NCBI GenBank assembly: GCA_964057225.1 | Contig: OZ059899.1 | Location: 4,216,001 to 4,280,000 of the forward strand | Source: Auanema rhodensis | Taxonomy: Eukaryota > Animalia > Nematoda | DNA: 64,000 nt | Direction of reading: 5' to 3' | Part shown: one piece after another, positions 63,998 through 64,000 of the stretch | Numbering within the stretch: the first letter of the stretch is position 1 | How the letters are laid out: every line of letters begins with the position of its first letter | The notes under the pieces: generated by a model | Databases searched by the model: none | What the model saw: the letters and a program-made list of their open reading frames with translations, nothing else | What the model was told of the DNA's origin: nothing | Made by a program: the position numbers and the translations under genes

Positions 63998-64000
63998 ACA

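Larger units (their letters stand above)
51535..64000 (-). repeat. Tandem tRNA-Ala gene array, segment 3 (about 50 units)
   Basis: The same unit runs off the window end. Confidence 0.98.

Noticed and set aside
1-64000. CRISPR array or SINE cluster
   Set aside because: The spacers are identical rather than unique, and there are no cas genes. The units are complete tRNA genes without poly-A tails or TSDs.

Overview
This is eukaryotic, AT-rich DNA, most likely from a nematode, inferred from the tRNA-Ala sequence and the retroelement type. About 75% of the window is a head-to-tail array of roughly 190 units of 247-249 bp. Each unit carries one 72-nt tRNA-Ala(TGC) gene on the minus strand followed by oligo-T terminators. 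Four LTR-type insertions, each with a 4-bp target-site duplication (TSD), interrupt the array. (1) A 381-bp solo-LTR-like element at 2919-3299. (2) A 337-bp solo LTR at 4619-4955. (3) A 10.3-kb Ty3/Gypsy (Metaviridae) provirus at 10006-20344 with a doubled 3' LTR, a tRNA-Gln primer-binding site (PBS) and one long ORF ordered gag, env-like glycoprotein, protease remnant, RT, RNase H, integrase. (4) A 5.3-kb internally deleted relative at 46250-51534. The most notable points are the env-like domain between gag and protease, non-canonical CG...CG LTR termini confirmed by three independent TSDs, a missing protease catalytic motif, a covarying RNA stem enclosing the polypurine tract (PPT), and an LTR-LTR junction resembling a 2-LTR circle. 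The many 60-67 aa ORFs in the ORF track are artefacts of the tRNA repeat.
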